A stretch of 64,000 nt of DNA from assembly GCA_951406725.2 (NCBI GenBank), contig OX597818.1, positions 49,104,001 to 49,168,000 of the forward strand. The letters are read 5' to 3'. Below, in pieces: positions 1-12,473 of the stretch. The number at the start of each line of letters is the position of its first letter. Position 1 is the first letter of the stretch. The notes below the pieces were generated by a model. That model saw nothing but the letters and a program-made list of their open reading frames with translations. It made no database searches and was not told where the DNA came from. The position numbers and the translations under genes were made by a program. The stretch is from Octopus vulgaris. Lineage: Eukaryota.

Positions 1-480
1 GGTACATGACTGGTACCTATTTTATGAATGGGGAAATAGTCAAAGACAATAATAGCAGGATATGAAATCAGAGAAACTACATCATAATCAAAATCTTACC
101 ATGATAAAATTATCATAACCTCATTGTTGATATAAATATTGAATAATGCTTGTAAAAATTTCTATAAATTGAATAATAGACTAATTAAATACTGGTTCTA
201 TATGCTGTGCTATACAAAGTAATACACAGGCAGTGTAGTATGATGATTCATCAAAGTGTACACATATGCCAGCTAGCCGGGAAGTTAACATGCTGGCTGT
301 TGTTTCTTCTATAAAAAAAGAAGCTTATAAAATTATCAAATAAGAATGGTAGATAAAATTATAAAAGGGAAATAAAGTTCATTTAAAATCAGGATTCTCT
401 TCGAGAATTAAAGTTAATTGATATTAACAATAGATTTGGGGAAACTGGAAGAGAAAACGCCAAACACAAGCGACTGCAAT

Positions 481-900
481 GGCAAAAGCATTTCTAGCAG
501 TAGGTCAACCAAGAAAGTTGATTGAACTACTAGAAATAGCAACCAAATCTCCTTCAAATTAAACCTCCATGGTGTGTTGAAAAGAAAGGGAATGATACAT
601 TGGATAACATTGTCAAAGATACCCCTTAAAAGATGCTAATATCCTGGACGGAATGTCTTATATCATAATTCTACCCAACCAGGAACAAGATTGTAATGAG
701 GGAGCTTCCACGCAGTCACTCAACTTGCTAGAAATAGCACCCAAATTCCCTGAACTCATCTTACCATCTTAAAAGGATGGACACATTGACCAGTGTTGTC
801 CTAGATATCGAAAAAGATGAAAATTCTTAATTGGAATGCTTTTGATGATAGGTCTGCTCAATCAGAGCTGGCTTTGTGCTAGAGTCATATAACTGTTTAA
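481..900 (+). repeat. Two adjacent diverged copies of an old unclassified interspersed repeat
   Basis: Motifs ctagaaatagcaVccaaat...ggaatgYYttt..tcatag occur twice here and recur near 30180, 33540 and 49070, and reversed near 18250, 25750 and 55000. Confidence 0.45.
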
Positions 901-944
901 AATGCATGCATATGCACATACACAGAAAATGTGCAGAGAACAAC

Positions 945-2104
945 TTCTGCTACATTCCAGGGAGAAAAACCAGAAGTAGTTGATAGCTTCTGTTACCTAG
1001 GTGACCAAGTTGGTAGCAGGGGTGGGTGCTCTGAAAGTATAGCTGCTAGAATAAGAATATCCTGGGCAAAGTTCAGAGAGCTCTTACCTCTGCTGGAGAC
1101 AAAAGGCCTCTCGCTCAGAATAAAAGGTAGACTGTATGATGCATGTGTACAAACAGCCATGCTACATGGCTATGAAACATAGGCCGTGACTGCTGAGGAC
1201 ATGCGTAAGATTACAAGGAATGAAGCCAGTATGCTCCGCTGGATGTATAATGTCAGTGTGTGTACTTGGCAGAGTGTAAGTACCTTGAGAGAAAAGTTGG
1301 ACCTAAGAAGCATCAGCTGTGGTGTGCAAGAGAGATGATTGTGCTGGTATGGTCATGTGGTGAGAATGGATGAAGGTAGCTGTGTGAAAAAGTTTCACAC
1401 CCTAGCGGTTGAGGGAACCTGTGGAAGAGGTAAACCCAGGAAGACCTGGGATGAGGTGGTGAAGCACTACCTTCGAACATTAGGCCTCACCGAGGCAATG
1501 TCTAGTGACTGAGACCTTTGAAAATATGCTGTGCTTGAGGAGACCCGGCAAGCCAAGTGAGACCATAACCCGTGGCCTATGCCAGGGGTGTAACCAGCCC
1601 ACTTATGCATACCTTTCCTTCATTGGACTCTAAACTCTGCTTGCGAAGACCTGTTGAAGCAAGTGAAATCGAAATCAAATTCAATGACTGGCATCTGTGC
1701 TAGTGGGACACTAAGAGTACCATCCAAGCATGATCGTTGCCAGAGCAGCTGACTGGCTTCCATGCCAGTGGCATGTAAAAAGCATCATTTGAGCATGAAT
1801 GTTACCAACGTCGCCTTACTGGCACTTGTGCTGGTGGCACGTGAAAAACTATTCAAGCGAGGTTGTTGCCAGTGCCGCTGGACTGGCTCCTGTGCAGGTG
1901 GCACGAAAAAAACACTATTTGAGCTGGTGGCACATAAAAGCACCCACTACACTCTCGGAGTGGTTGGCATTAGGAAGGGCATCTAACTGTAGAAACTCTG
2001 CTGGATCAGTTTGGAGCCTGGTGCAGCCATCTGGTTTGCCAGACCTCAGTCAAATTGTCCAACCCATGCTAGCATGGAAAGCAGATATTAAACAATGATG
2101 ATGA

Positions 2105-2108
<4 letters not shown>
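945..2108 (+). mobile_element. 5'-truncated RTE-clade LINE: RT C-terminal remnant plus 3' UTR ending in (GAT)n
   Basis: ORF 931-1182 EVVDSFCYLGD...ARIRISWAKFREL...KGRLYDACVQTAMLHG continues through stops as WYGHVVRM...GRGKPRKTW to ~1560; followed by a GGAAGGGCATC...GCATGGAAAGC...GATGATGAT tail. Confidence 0.88.
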
Positions 2109-2142
<34 letters not shown>

Positions 2143-2395
2143 GCTAAATTGAATTTTTTTCCTGTAAGTTAGGATTATCATTCCCTCAAATAATTATATA
2201 TATATATATATATAATAATAATAAATATTAGGGAATAAATCCAAATTTACAGGGGAAAAATCAGATTTAGGATTAAATCCAATTTTATAGTAAAATATTA
2301 TAAAATATTATTAGAGACAAAACCACTATTTTGCAAAACAAACAAGGAAAGACTTAATCAATACGTAAAATTTTAATAAATAGTCAAAAAAACCG

Positions 2396-2438
2396 CCACT
2401 ACAATTGTTTCTTGTCTTGATCGACAATCTTCAGGTGG
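2396..2438 (-). ncRNA. Minimal hammerhead ribozyme motif (mirror copy in palindrome)
   Basis: Exact reverse complement of 2485-2527. Confidence 0.85.
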
Positions 2439-2484
2439 ACTTCCAATAAGTCAGTTTCAAATTTGAAACTGACTTATTGGAAGT

Positions 2485-2527
2485 CCACCTGAAGATTGTC
2501 GATCAAGACAAGAAACAATTGTAGTGG
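2485..2527 (+). ncRNA. Minimal type-I hammerhead ribozyme motif, canonical core
   Basis: CCAC-CTGAAGA-TTGTC gatcaa GACAA-GAAA-C aatt G-TA|GTGG: stem I CCAC/GTGG, stem II 5 bp, palindromic stem III loop, predicted cleavage after 2523. Confidence 0.85.
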
Positions 2528-2614
2528 CGGTTTTTTTGACTATTTATTAAAATTTTACGTATTGATTAAGTCTTTCCTTGTTTGTTTTGCAAAATAGTGG
2601 TTTTGTCTCTAATA

Positions 2615-2658
<44 letters not shown>

Positions 2659-3039
2659 GAATGAGCGAAAGAGAGAGATACATCCACACACACTCATGAA
2701 ATATTTGTTTCAGAATTGCATCTGTAATGTAAGAGAATCAGTGAACAAGTCATAGTTGAACAATGAAAGCCTTTGATACTTAATATAAACCACTATTAGA
2801 AAAGAAAACTTAAGTCACTGTAACAAGATATGAGTCTGTGTCTTTCATACACATAAACTTTACATGCAAACACACACTCACATTCATATAGTCTGTTAAT
2901 AGTCACATTTGCTTTATTTTATCATAATAGTATTTTATACTATCTATTATGTATCAAAGTCTTTTCATTGTCTAACACCTGGTCACTGACACTATCATTT
3001 ACTAAATTGGTACAAGTTTGTAAAAAAAGCAATATTTCC

Positions 3040-3449
3040 TTCTGGCAGAAACATTATAGCACACCAGGCGAAATGCGTAGCCTTTTTCGTCTGCCGTTAC
3101 GTTCTGAGTTCAAATTCCACCGAGGTCAACTTTGCCTTTCATCCTTTCGGGGTCGATAAATTAAGTACCAGTTACACACTGGGGTCGATATAATCGACTT
3201 AATCTGTTTGTCTGTCCTTGTTTGTCCTCTCTGTGTTTAGCCCCTTGTGGGTAGTAAAGAAATAGGTATTTCGTCTGCTGCTACGTTCTGAGTTCAAATT
3301 CTGCCTAGGTTGACTTTGCCTTTCATCCTTTCAGGGTCGATAAATTAAGTACCAGTTACACACTGGGGTCGATATAATCGACTTAATCTGTTTGTCTGTC
3401 CTTGTTTGTCCTCTCTGTGTTTAGCCCCTTGTGGATAGTAAAAAAATAG
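3040..3449 (+). mobile_element. SINE family B, head-to-tail dimer
   Basis: tRNA-like head (ctggcagaa...gagttcaaattcc), central gactttgcctttcatcctttcggggtcgataaattaagtaccag, second unit from ~3265. Confidence 0.85.
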
Positions 3450-4022
3450 ATATATTTGATGTTGAATAAACTTGAATTCAATGTAAATACCTAGTTTAAT
3501 CAAAATAAAGAAGATTGTAATTTTGAAGAAATCTGTTTCATTTTGACTACATACAGGGACAATTATATAAAGGAATTTAAAAATCTGGAATCCAAGGAAA
3601 TCTGGCAACAATTAATTAATGATAGAACTAATTATGTGTTGGAAACCCTTGCCTTGTGGATGGCAACTGTATTGAAATCAAATGAGCAAGGATTGTTGAG
3701 TAAATGGCCTGCTTCCTGAACTCCATTCGTTTGTCTTTCCTGACCATGAGTAGTCAGATATTTCAATTTAAAAACTTTGCCCTGTTATAATTTGTCCAGA
3801 GATTTCATAGATAATTTCAAGTGCCCACAGTTGTCCACAAGCCATGTGACACCGCTTTCTCATTCTCACTCTCAGATGGCGGTCAAGTGCTGTAATATTA
3901 AATTAATGCTGTATTATTATTCTTCACTCCTAACAGTGTCTTAAATTTAATGGGGTCTTCTATAAATTCTCTTATAAGAGAAATGTCTTATTAACATTTC
4001 AGCTCTGATATATAACTGTTAA

Positions 4023-4255
4023 AGGCGGCAAGCTGGCAGAAGTGTTAGCATGCCGGGCGAAATGCTTAGCCGTATTTCGTCTGCCATTGCGTTTTGAGTT
4101 CAAATTCCACTGAGGTCGATTTTGCCTTTCATCCTTTCGGGGTCGATAAATTAAGTACCAGTTACACACTAGGGTCGATATAATCGACTTAATCCATTTG
4201 TCTGTCCTTATTTGTCCCCTCTATGTTTAGCCCCTTGTGGGTAATAAAGAAACAG
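4023..4255 (+). mobile_element. SINE family B monomer
   Basis: ggcggcaagctggcagaa...gagttcaaattcc...gccccttgtgggtaataaagaaa. Confidence 0.88.
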
Positions 4256-4401
4256 AAACTGATATATAACTGGAACATACTTTATCAGTTGAGGGAATGA
4301 TGTCAGAAAAATTAATTTGATCTGCATATTAACCCTTTTGGTTCTCAACCCACATGAGACTGATCGCTTCAAGTAATATTCTAAACACCTGGTTCAATAA
4401 T

Positions 4402-4704
4402 TGTTTGTTCCTTCTCGAGCCATGCCTGGCTCATAAGGGCCGGTTTCTCGGTTTCTTGGCATATAGGTTCCCCACCTGGATGGGACGCTGTTGCGTCGCA
4501 GGTGAGCTGCAAGATGCAGGAGGAAAGAGTGAGAGAAAGTTGTGGCGAAAGAGTCAGCAGAAGTTCGCCATAACCTTCTGCCGGAGCTGCGTGGAGCTTA
4601 GGTGTTTTCGCTCATAAACACACACATCGCTTGGTCTGAGATTCGAACCTGCGATCCCTCGACCGCGAGTCCGCTGCTCTAACCACTAGGCCATGTGCCT
4701 CCAC
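4402..4704 (-). mobile_element. tRNA-derived SINE (third family) with TSD
   Basis: Minus strand A box TGGCCTAGTGG, B box GGTTCGAATCT, tail GAACAAACAA; flanking direct repeat ctggttcaRtaat (4389-4401, 4705-4717). Confidence 0.85.
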
Positions 4705-5990
4705 CTGGTTCAGTAATACCAAAGTTGGTTCATTTTAGTAAATTCTTGATTATTTTCAAAATTAATTATAAAACATAAGGCATGGTTATATGGTTAAGAA
4801 AATTTGAGTTTTATCCCATTGTGTGGCGTGTGGCACCTTCGGTATATTTCATCTTCTTTAGCCCTTGGCTAACCAGACATAGCTGATCAAATGTTTAATA
4901 GCAACCCACAAAATCATCTCCAGCATTTAGATATGTTATACTTCAAGAATAATTGTTAGAATTCTATGAAACATCACCAAAAGTCTATATCCTTCCGAAA
5001 TACATTGCCTTTTGTCACAATTTTCAAAGTCCAACTGTGATCCTTAACATAAGCCGAAGGCAACAAATTTTTTGGAAGTGTGCATTTGTCCATATAGATA
5101 CCAATACTTGATTGGTACTAATTTTACTGAGCCCCAGAAGGGGAAATGCTAAGTAGGATTTTGAAACCAGAACTTAAAGAGTTGTAACTAAATATCACAA
5201 AACATTTTATACAAACACTTTAATAATTCAGCTAATTGTTGGCTTAGAGGCATTTTGTCCATCTTTATGTTCTGAGTTCAAATTCTGCTGAGGTTGACTT
5301 TACTTTTCATCCTTTTGGGGGTCGATAAAATAGGTGCCGCTTGTGTACTGTGATCAATGTAATCGTCTAACTTGTTGCCTGAACTTGTTCCAAGATTTGA
5401 AATCAATAATTCTGCTAATTTGCTAAATTCTTAGAAATCATTGTGAGGGAAATCAAATATTTCCAACTGAAGCCAACACTTTGGCTTCCACTTGTCTCTG
5501 GTATAATAACGGAAACCTAGTTTGTAAATTTATTTAACTCTAACACCACTTAACAAGTAAATTAACATGAAATAAAAGAGCAAAGTTAAAAGTTTAACAA
5601 CAGCCTGGAATTAAATGTCTAGCAGCTAGTGTCAAATCTTTGTTGAATATCTTAAATCCCTGTCTGAGGACAGATTCATTAGGTTTTGTTAATTTTATTA
5701 ATTGTTGCTCCATAGTAGGCTTTATTTCCTCAATTAACAAGACTGATAATAGGAGTAAAAGCATTAGTATTTAAATAGATTTAACATTTAACATTGCTTT
5801 TGGCCAATAACACAGCAACTAAACAGACTATTACTGAGAAGTCTTGATAAATTCTTTAATTATCTGATCAGAGAGAAAGTCTTATTAGGTGTTGTCAGTT
5901 GTAATGTGACTGGTATCTTTTATCTTTTACTTGTTTCAATTATTAGACTGTGGCCATGCTGGGGCATCGCCTTGGAAAATTTTAGTTGAA

Positions 5991-7550
5991 CTAGGGGGCT
6001 CCGAAAGGGGTCTCAGGGAGTAGTGTCCCTGCCTTCCTGAGCTGATTTTCCACCACATTTCTTAAAAATCGTGGTAAAGGCCTTGGTCTCGGGACCACTC
6101 ATGACTAGAAACTGAGGTTGGGGATAAGCAAGGGCATGCTCCCCGTAGAAAATCTAGCTCCGAGAAAGCCTCATGATAGCAAAGGAGAATGGGCACTAGC
6201 CAGCCCAAAGGTTGGGGTGGGCTGCACCTGCCTACCTCAAAAACGAAGGTGCAAACCCTCATCCTGGGTTGCGCAAGCATGACTTGCCATATGATGGCCA
6301 ATGCCCTGAGGAGAAACTTGGGGTGAGGTTGGGAAATTGGAATGTGGGCAGTCTGTGTGGAAGGGGAACTGAAGTGTGTGAGGAATTGAGGAAGAGGAGG
6401 GTGGATGTGTGGTGCATGCAGGAGGCTAGGTGGAGAGGCCAGGGTGCAAGATTTGTGGGTGGGGGTCAAGGGAAGAAGGTATGGAGGTCAGGAAAAAGAG
6501 TGACAGAGTGATAACAGTAGTGTTAGCATTTGAGGAAGAAGTGGTGAGGGTGATTTGTGGGTATGGTCTGCAAAGTGGAAGAGGGATCGCTAAGAAAGAG
6601 CAGTTCTTTGATGAAATAGTGAATGAGTGGGACTTAGAAAAGGTAGATGAATTGGTTTGGGGCATGGGTGATTTTAATGGACATGTTGGGAAATGGATCC
6701 AGGGCTTTGAGGGTGTGCATAGGGGAAACAGAATTGAGGAGAGAAATGTGGAAGGAAGGATATTGTTAGAGTTTTGTGATGAGAAAGAGATGTGTGTAGT
6801 GAACATGTGGCTTAGGAAAACAGGAAAGGAAGGTGATTTTCAGTGCAGGAGGGAATGAGACAGAGATTGATTTCGTGTTGGTTGGTAGGAAAAACAGAAA
6901 GAATCTGAGAGATGTGAAGACAATAACAGAGGAGCTGCAGCACAGGTTGGTGGTTGGTAGTTGCTGACTTGGATAAGGGGAAAGCTAAAATGTGTGTGAG
7001 AAAGGGAACAATTGAGAGGAGAAGGGTATGGAATTATAAGAAACAACAGCCAGGTTTGAGGAGAGAGTTGAGGAGTTGGTAAGCATTGATGCACCGGATT
7101 TGTGAAAGTCTTTTAAAGAAGGGGTACTAAAGGGATGTGATGAAGTGTGTGGATGGGTGAAAGGTAGGAGAGATGAAGGAGATACATGGTGGTGGAATGA
7201 AGAGGTGAGGGATGCAATAGTGAGGATGAAGATGCACAAAGCTTTATGTAATAATAGGACTGAGCAAATGAAAGCCAGGTATGATAACATGAAGAATCAT
7301 GCAAAGAGGATGGTTGCGAGATCTATGTGGAAGGAGGCTGAGGAGAGGTTGAGAGGGCTGGATGAGAATCCAAATAGAGTGTTTGGGTTTATTAAATCAA
7401 TGAAAAAAGATGGAAGAGATGTTGAGGGAGGAAGATGCATGAGGGGAAGTGATGGAAGATTGATTTTTCATGAGAAGGACAGGGGAAGCGTTTGGAAGGA
7501 GCATATGGAGGGAATTATTAAGGAGGAGAATGAATGGGGATCAGAGAGTG
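5991..7550 (+). mobile_element. RTE-clade LINE 5' portion: 5' UTR, AP endonuclease and linker, frameshifted
   Basis: RLGNWNVGSL...VDVWCMQEARW, VICGYG, GMGDFNGHVG, RNVEGRILLEFC, TWWWNEEV across ORFs 6212, 6430 and 7145. Confidence 0.9.
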
Positions 7551-9546
7551 TAAGTTGCTGTGGTGTCTTTCATAAAAAGAGTAATTTCTAACTTTGGCAT
7601 AAAGCCAGAAATTTTGATGTGGAAGGCAGTTGAATTTAGCAACCCAAATATTTGACTTGTATGTCACTTTATAAATGTTGGTGGGATGTAAGGCATGGCC
7701 AGTCTTGACAAGATTTTTCCTTTGGACTTGTTTGGAGGAAGGGGCTGTGTCTGTGGCCTATGAGGGCTCTCTGAGTTCAGTGACATAGACATGGTTTATG
7801 TTCTTGAAGATTTACAAGTTAATGACTGTAAGATATGTGTGCACAGAGAGAATTCTGGAAGGCCAAAGTTCTTAGTGGAAGAGACTTTTTTTTAAAAAAG
7901 AATGAAAATGTTAGAAGGATATTTCTAATTATCACAATGCATTTTGACAAACACTCCACTAATTCAGCCAGTCACTGCTCTCATAAAATTAATACTCCTA
8001 TAATCACTATAATAATCACTGAATTGAACTCATTCATGGCCTTATTTCTAATGAGTTATACAACATATGTATTTTAATTAATTCTAAAAATAATCATGAA
8101 TTTGAATGAATTTAGTAGCATAATTTGCTTTGTCGTTATTAATCTCATGTTTCTGATCCATAAAAAGAAGTTCTATCATAGAATTATATGAACACATTAA
8201 AACAGTCATTTTTGTATTCTTCATCATCATTTAATGGCCATTGTCCATGCTAGCATGGGTTGGACAGTGTGACCAGAGCTGGCAAGCTGAGGGAGCTGCA
8301 CTGGACTCCTGTCTGATTTGGCTTGGTTGCCATGGCTGGATGGCCTTCCTAATGCTAACCACTTTACAGAGTGTGCTGGATACTTTTATGTGGCACTGCA
8401 CTGGTGCTTTGTGATGCCACATAATTTTGTATTATAGAACCAAAAATAGTTTCAGACAGCTTAGTATCAAAAGAGTTACCAAAAAATTTTAAGTTTTCAT
8501 AGGTTTTATCCTTCAGTGAGGGGGATTTTTTTTAGTTGTTCTGCTATCTTTGTTGTTCATACGGGTACAAAAAGAAATCAATTTTCAAAATTGAATTTAT
8601 ATATTCTCGTTTAAGAGGATATGATAAAAGTTTTAAACTGCTCATCAATGTCCGGTTAATTTATTGTTTCATAGTTGATGGTTTCCTTCTCTTCTGCTGT
8701 AGAATAAGTAGCAGAAGAATGTTTAGTGGCTTACTATATGCATGGCAAAATGTCAGTGACAGGATATGAAAGCATGACTCATGAATTGAAAAAAAAAAAA
8801 TCTAACATTTTATTTATTTGGTCAGTTGAAATATTTTCCCTTGATTTCATATTGTTAACAAATTCTTGCATTATTGTAGAATGCTGTAGAACCTTCAAAC
8901 AATAAGGTAGTCTTGATGCTGTTGCTTGGCTTACTGTAATTAAGAACCTTATCTCTCTCATATCTCACCTTCACTGACTGATAGAAAAACCAGGGTTACA
9001 TAAAATGCTTAAACAAAAAGGAATATTCAAGACAAGAACTCCTTTGATCATAGTCCTGATTAGGACTCACCTTGGATTAAACAACTACTGCAAATCTTCA
9101 TATTCTAGAGATATTCTAATAAATCACCAAAGATTAGTCGTACAATACAAGTAAGTCACTTTGTTGATGTTGCTTAGATAATTCACTAGCAATGAGAGAA
9201 CGGAAATGTCTTGAACAACGGAAGAGTTTATAAATGTGAGATAAGTGACGGAAATAAGTTGGAGATTCTTGAAAAACAAACAAAAAAAAAACAGAAGTGT
9301 ATACTAAAATAATGGTACTTAGTGACAGTGAAGAGTTGAGGATGGAAAGGAAATGTATAATACAACTAAATATTTAGTTCCAGCCATGGCAGTGTGGTTA
9401 ATAAAGTTCACTTTGTGACTGATTCTTTGTTTGACTCAACTGTGTGGTACTTTTGGCAAGTACCTTCTGTCTATAGCCCTGTTTTCAGCTATGGACCAAT
9501 ACCACGGGAGAGGAATTTGATAGAAGAAAACCTGTAGAAGCCCATC

Positions 9547-9563
9547 ATGCATGCGCGCGCGCG

Positions 9564-9651
<88 letters not shown>

Positions 9652-9661
9652 CGCGCGCGCG
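9547..9661. repeat. (GC)n-(AC)n-(GC)n microsatellite inside a decayed SINE A
   Basis: Directly visible alternating purine-pyrimidine tract. Confidence 0.95.
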
Positions 9662-10281
9662 TAGTTTTTTTTTAAGATTATAATCTTGGAAGGAAATAAG
9701 AAATTTGGAATTAGTGTCAGTATCAACTTGCCTAAGAGTGTCTCTGATTCTGTGATAAGACACCTTACATTTTAAAGCTTTCATATTTAAATGGAAACCT
9801 TCCACCAGGATTTTATTTAAGAGTCTTTTGTTACGCTGTGTTCCTAATATCAGAATTAACAAATTAGTGATTTTATATTAGTGATAAGAAACACTTAAGA
9901 GGGCTGGTCAGCAAAAGGTCTTCAATGAAGATAGCACTCCTCTAGGCAAGTGTTTCAGCCCTTAGCTTCTTACACTTTCAGGGAGCAGGTCACATCCAGG
10001 TCATGACCTCTGAGTAACATTCTGCTGACACTTTTTAGCCACTTGGATATTGGAGATATAGGCATTTAAACCACTTTGAGATTTCATCTAGTTGGAACTC
10101 CTCTCTATTGACTCAGCTTTCGTATTTATACTTAAATAACAACACTGGTTGTCATGGTAATGGTGAAACATCAATGCTACTAAGGTGACTCACTCAGAGT
10201 TACTTTCTTTAGCATTAAAATACAAAAATGTTGCCTTCAAATGGTGTGGTGTGTGCATGTGTGTATATGAGGAAACAAACA

Positions 10282-10406
10282 CCATCTTTCTCTTCTCTCT
10301 TCTTCATCTGAGGAAGCCCTGTCTCTCTTCTAATGCAAGACACCTTTCTGTTCCTCAAAGCTACTTCCCCCAGTCGAGGGGTCTTGTCCTGCAAACCACT
10401 TGGTGA
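10282..10406 (+). repeat. ~125-bp repeat, second copy at 11716-11840
   Basis: ccatctttctcttctctcttcttcatcYgaggaagccctg...caaaccacttggtga near-identical in both copies; both run into an RTE-type tail. Confidence 0.8.
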
Positions 10407-10479
10407 TGTCACTGCTATTGGTGCTATGTAAAAAGCACCCTGTTCATTCTGTAAAGCAGTTGGCACTAGGAAGGGTAAC

Positions 10480-10790
10480 AAACCATAGATTTGTTCACTA
10501 AACCTCTAGCTCCAACCTCTATGATAAGAACCTTGACCCAGAGGTTGGCTTCCCTCAGGTTGTTGGCCAGACTAGCATATTTTTTGGTCTTGGATGCATG
10601 TGCTTCTATTCTACATTCAAATGGTACAATAAGTTCAATCCAAATTAGTTGCTTTGATGGATTGGAATGGAGTACTATATCTAACCTCAAACCACTCTTC
10701 CTGATGATTTCTGGGTGTTTTATTGATCCTGAGAGGTCTGTTGAGCACTTCCAGTCATTCATATCATCAAGAAGACTCCATTCCCATGCC
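10480..10790 (-). mobile_element. Restriction-like endonuclease (RLE) fragment of a HERO/R2-superfamily non-LTR retrotransposon
   Basis: LRLDIVLHS...IELIVPFE...K..KY..L...IEVGARG resembles the PD-(D/E)xK RLE motif. Confidence 0.8.
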
Positions 10791-10984
10791 TGAGATTATT
10801 TAAATTTTTTTATTATTTTCTAAATAAATAAATATCATTATGAAAGGATTAAGGTGTTGAGAAGTTTATTTAATGTTGAAATTATTGCAATGTTCAAAAA
10901 GGCCTTAATCCCAATAGAAATACATATTTGATGCTGAAGAAATTACTTATAGTGCCTTGTGTTAAATATATGTAGCACAGTAAC

Positions 10985-11408
10985 CAGGAATGTGCCATCA
11001 GTAATTATGCAGGGTAGGCAGTTGGTGACATTTATGTAATAAAACACACAAAAGAATAAGTGAAACACAGGCGCATGACTGAGCTGTAGGCAGATTTACT
11101 TCTGCCATTTATAGTATGTAAAGAAAATGTTGTTATAGGAATGTACTCAGCATATGTACTACAGCAGTTCTATGTGTAGCTTTAATACTGAGATGGAAAG
11201 GCAGGGGCAAATTATGCCTACCTAATCTATAAAAAAGTAAAATATTTAGTATTTTATGCATAATTTTATTGAATTAGGTGCATATTTTGCCATAAAAGAA
11301 AAATATTACTAGTGATCTATTTTATTCAGGTACTGCCTGAATAAAATATACTACTGAATATTTTATTCAGGTACTGCCTACCTTGCCTACCCAGGCAGCA
11401 TGTCCCTG
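10985..11408. mobile_element. hAT-type MITE
   Basis: Ends CAGG...CCCTG, imperfect TIR containing ggtaggcag, exact 8-bp TSD ACAGTAAC (10977-10984, 11409-11416). Confidence 0.8.
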
Positions 11409-12094
11409 ACAGTAACCCATATAACTGACTGTGGTTGCTGTTTCATTTTATGAGCTAAGCTGGTGATTGCAACAATCCTCAGTTATGCTCTCCATAAACT
11501 TCCTCATACAACCAGTAGTTTTAAGTATTTCATTTAAAACTGCTTTAGATAAGAACATCATGTATGACAGGTTTTATTTATTCACTGGTAAGGTTATGAG
11601 ATTATTCAATAAATATATATATATACATACACACATATACACGCATACATGTTGTGTGTGCATGTGGGGTAACAAAGAGGAGAAAAGTATGCCTCCTCTC
11701 TGTCACATCTTTACCATCTTTCTCTTCTCTCTTCTTCATCCGAGGAAGCCCTGTCTCTCTTCTAATGCAAGACTCCTTTCTGTTCCTCAAAGCTACTTCC
11801 CCCAGTTGAGGGGGTCTTGTCCTGCAAACCACTTGGTGAACTAGTTGCAGCTGGTGCTATGTATAAAGCATGTAGTCCACTCTGTAAAGTGGTTGGCATT
11901 AGGAAGGGCATCCAGCCATGGAAACCATGCCAAAACAGACAGCAGAGCCTGGTGTAGTCTTCTGACTTGCCTGTTCCTTGCATGGTCAAACCATGCCAGC
12001 ATGGAAAATGGACATTGAATGATGATGGTGTTGAATGATGATGTAAAATCCAAAGCACGGATGAAAATGCGCAATGAAGTTAAAACAATTCTTT

Positions 12095-12473
12095 TATTCT
12101 TTTACTTGTTTCAGTCATTTGGCTGCAGCCATGCTGGAGCACTGCCTTTAGTTGAACAACTTGACCCTAGGACTTATTCTTTGTAAGCCTAGTACTTAGT
12201 CTGTTTTGCTGAATCGCTAAGTTATGGGTACGTAAACACAACCAACATCAGTTGTGAAGTTATGATGGGGGAGGCAAACACAGACACACACAAATACACA
12301 CACATGTATGATGGGCTTCTTTCAGTTTCTGTCTACCAAATCCACTTGCAAGGCTCTGGTCAGCCAGAGGCTATAGTAGAAAACACTTGCCCAAAGTGCC
12401 ACACAGTGGGACTGAACCCAGAACCATGTGGCTGGGAAGCAAGCTTCTTACCACACAGCCATGCTGTGCCTAT
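12095..12473 (-). mobile_element. SINE family A (tRNA head, CORE-like segment, internal microsatellite, aagagta tail)
   Basis: Matches multi-copy consensus ggctgtgtggtaag...ggttcagtccc...ttgggcaagtg...gactgaaacaagtaaaaga. Confidence 0.85.

Larger units (their letters stand above)
2215..2624. mobile_element. Penelope-like (PLE) pLTR fragment forming a 326-bp perfect palindrome (2299-2624) with a one-sided extension, in (TA)n
   Basis: Arms are exact reverse complements about 2461/2462; each arm has a hammerhead motif; flanked by (TA)n. Confidence 0.75.

Noticed and set aside
4630-4704. tRNA-like sequence (also the heads of SINE A and B)
   Set aside because: A and B boxes lead into SINE bodies with tails and TSDs; no convincing cloverleaf
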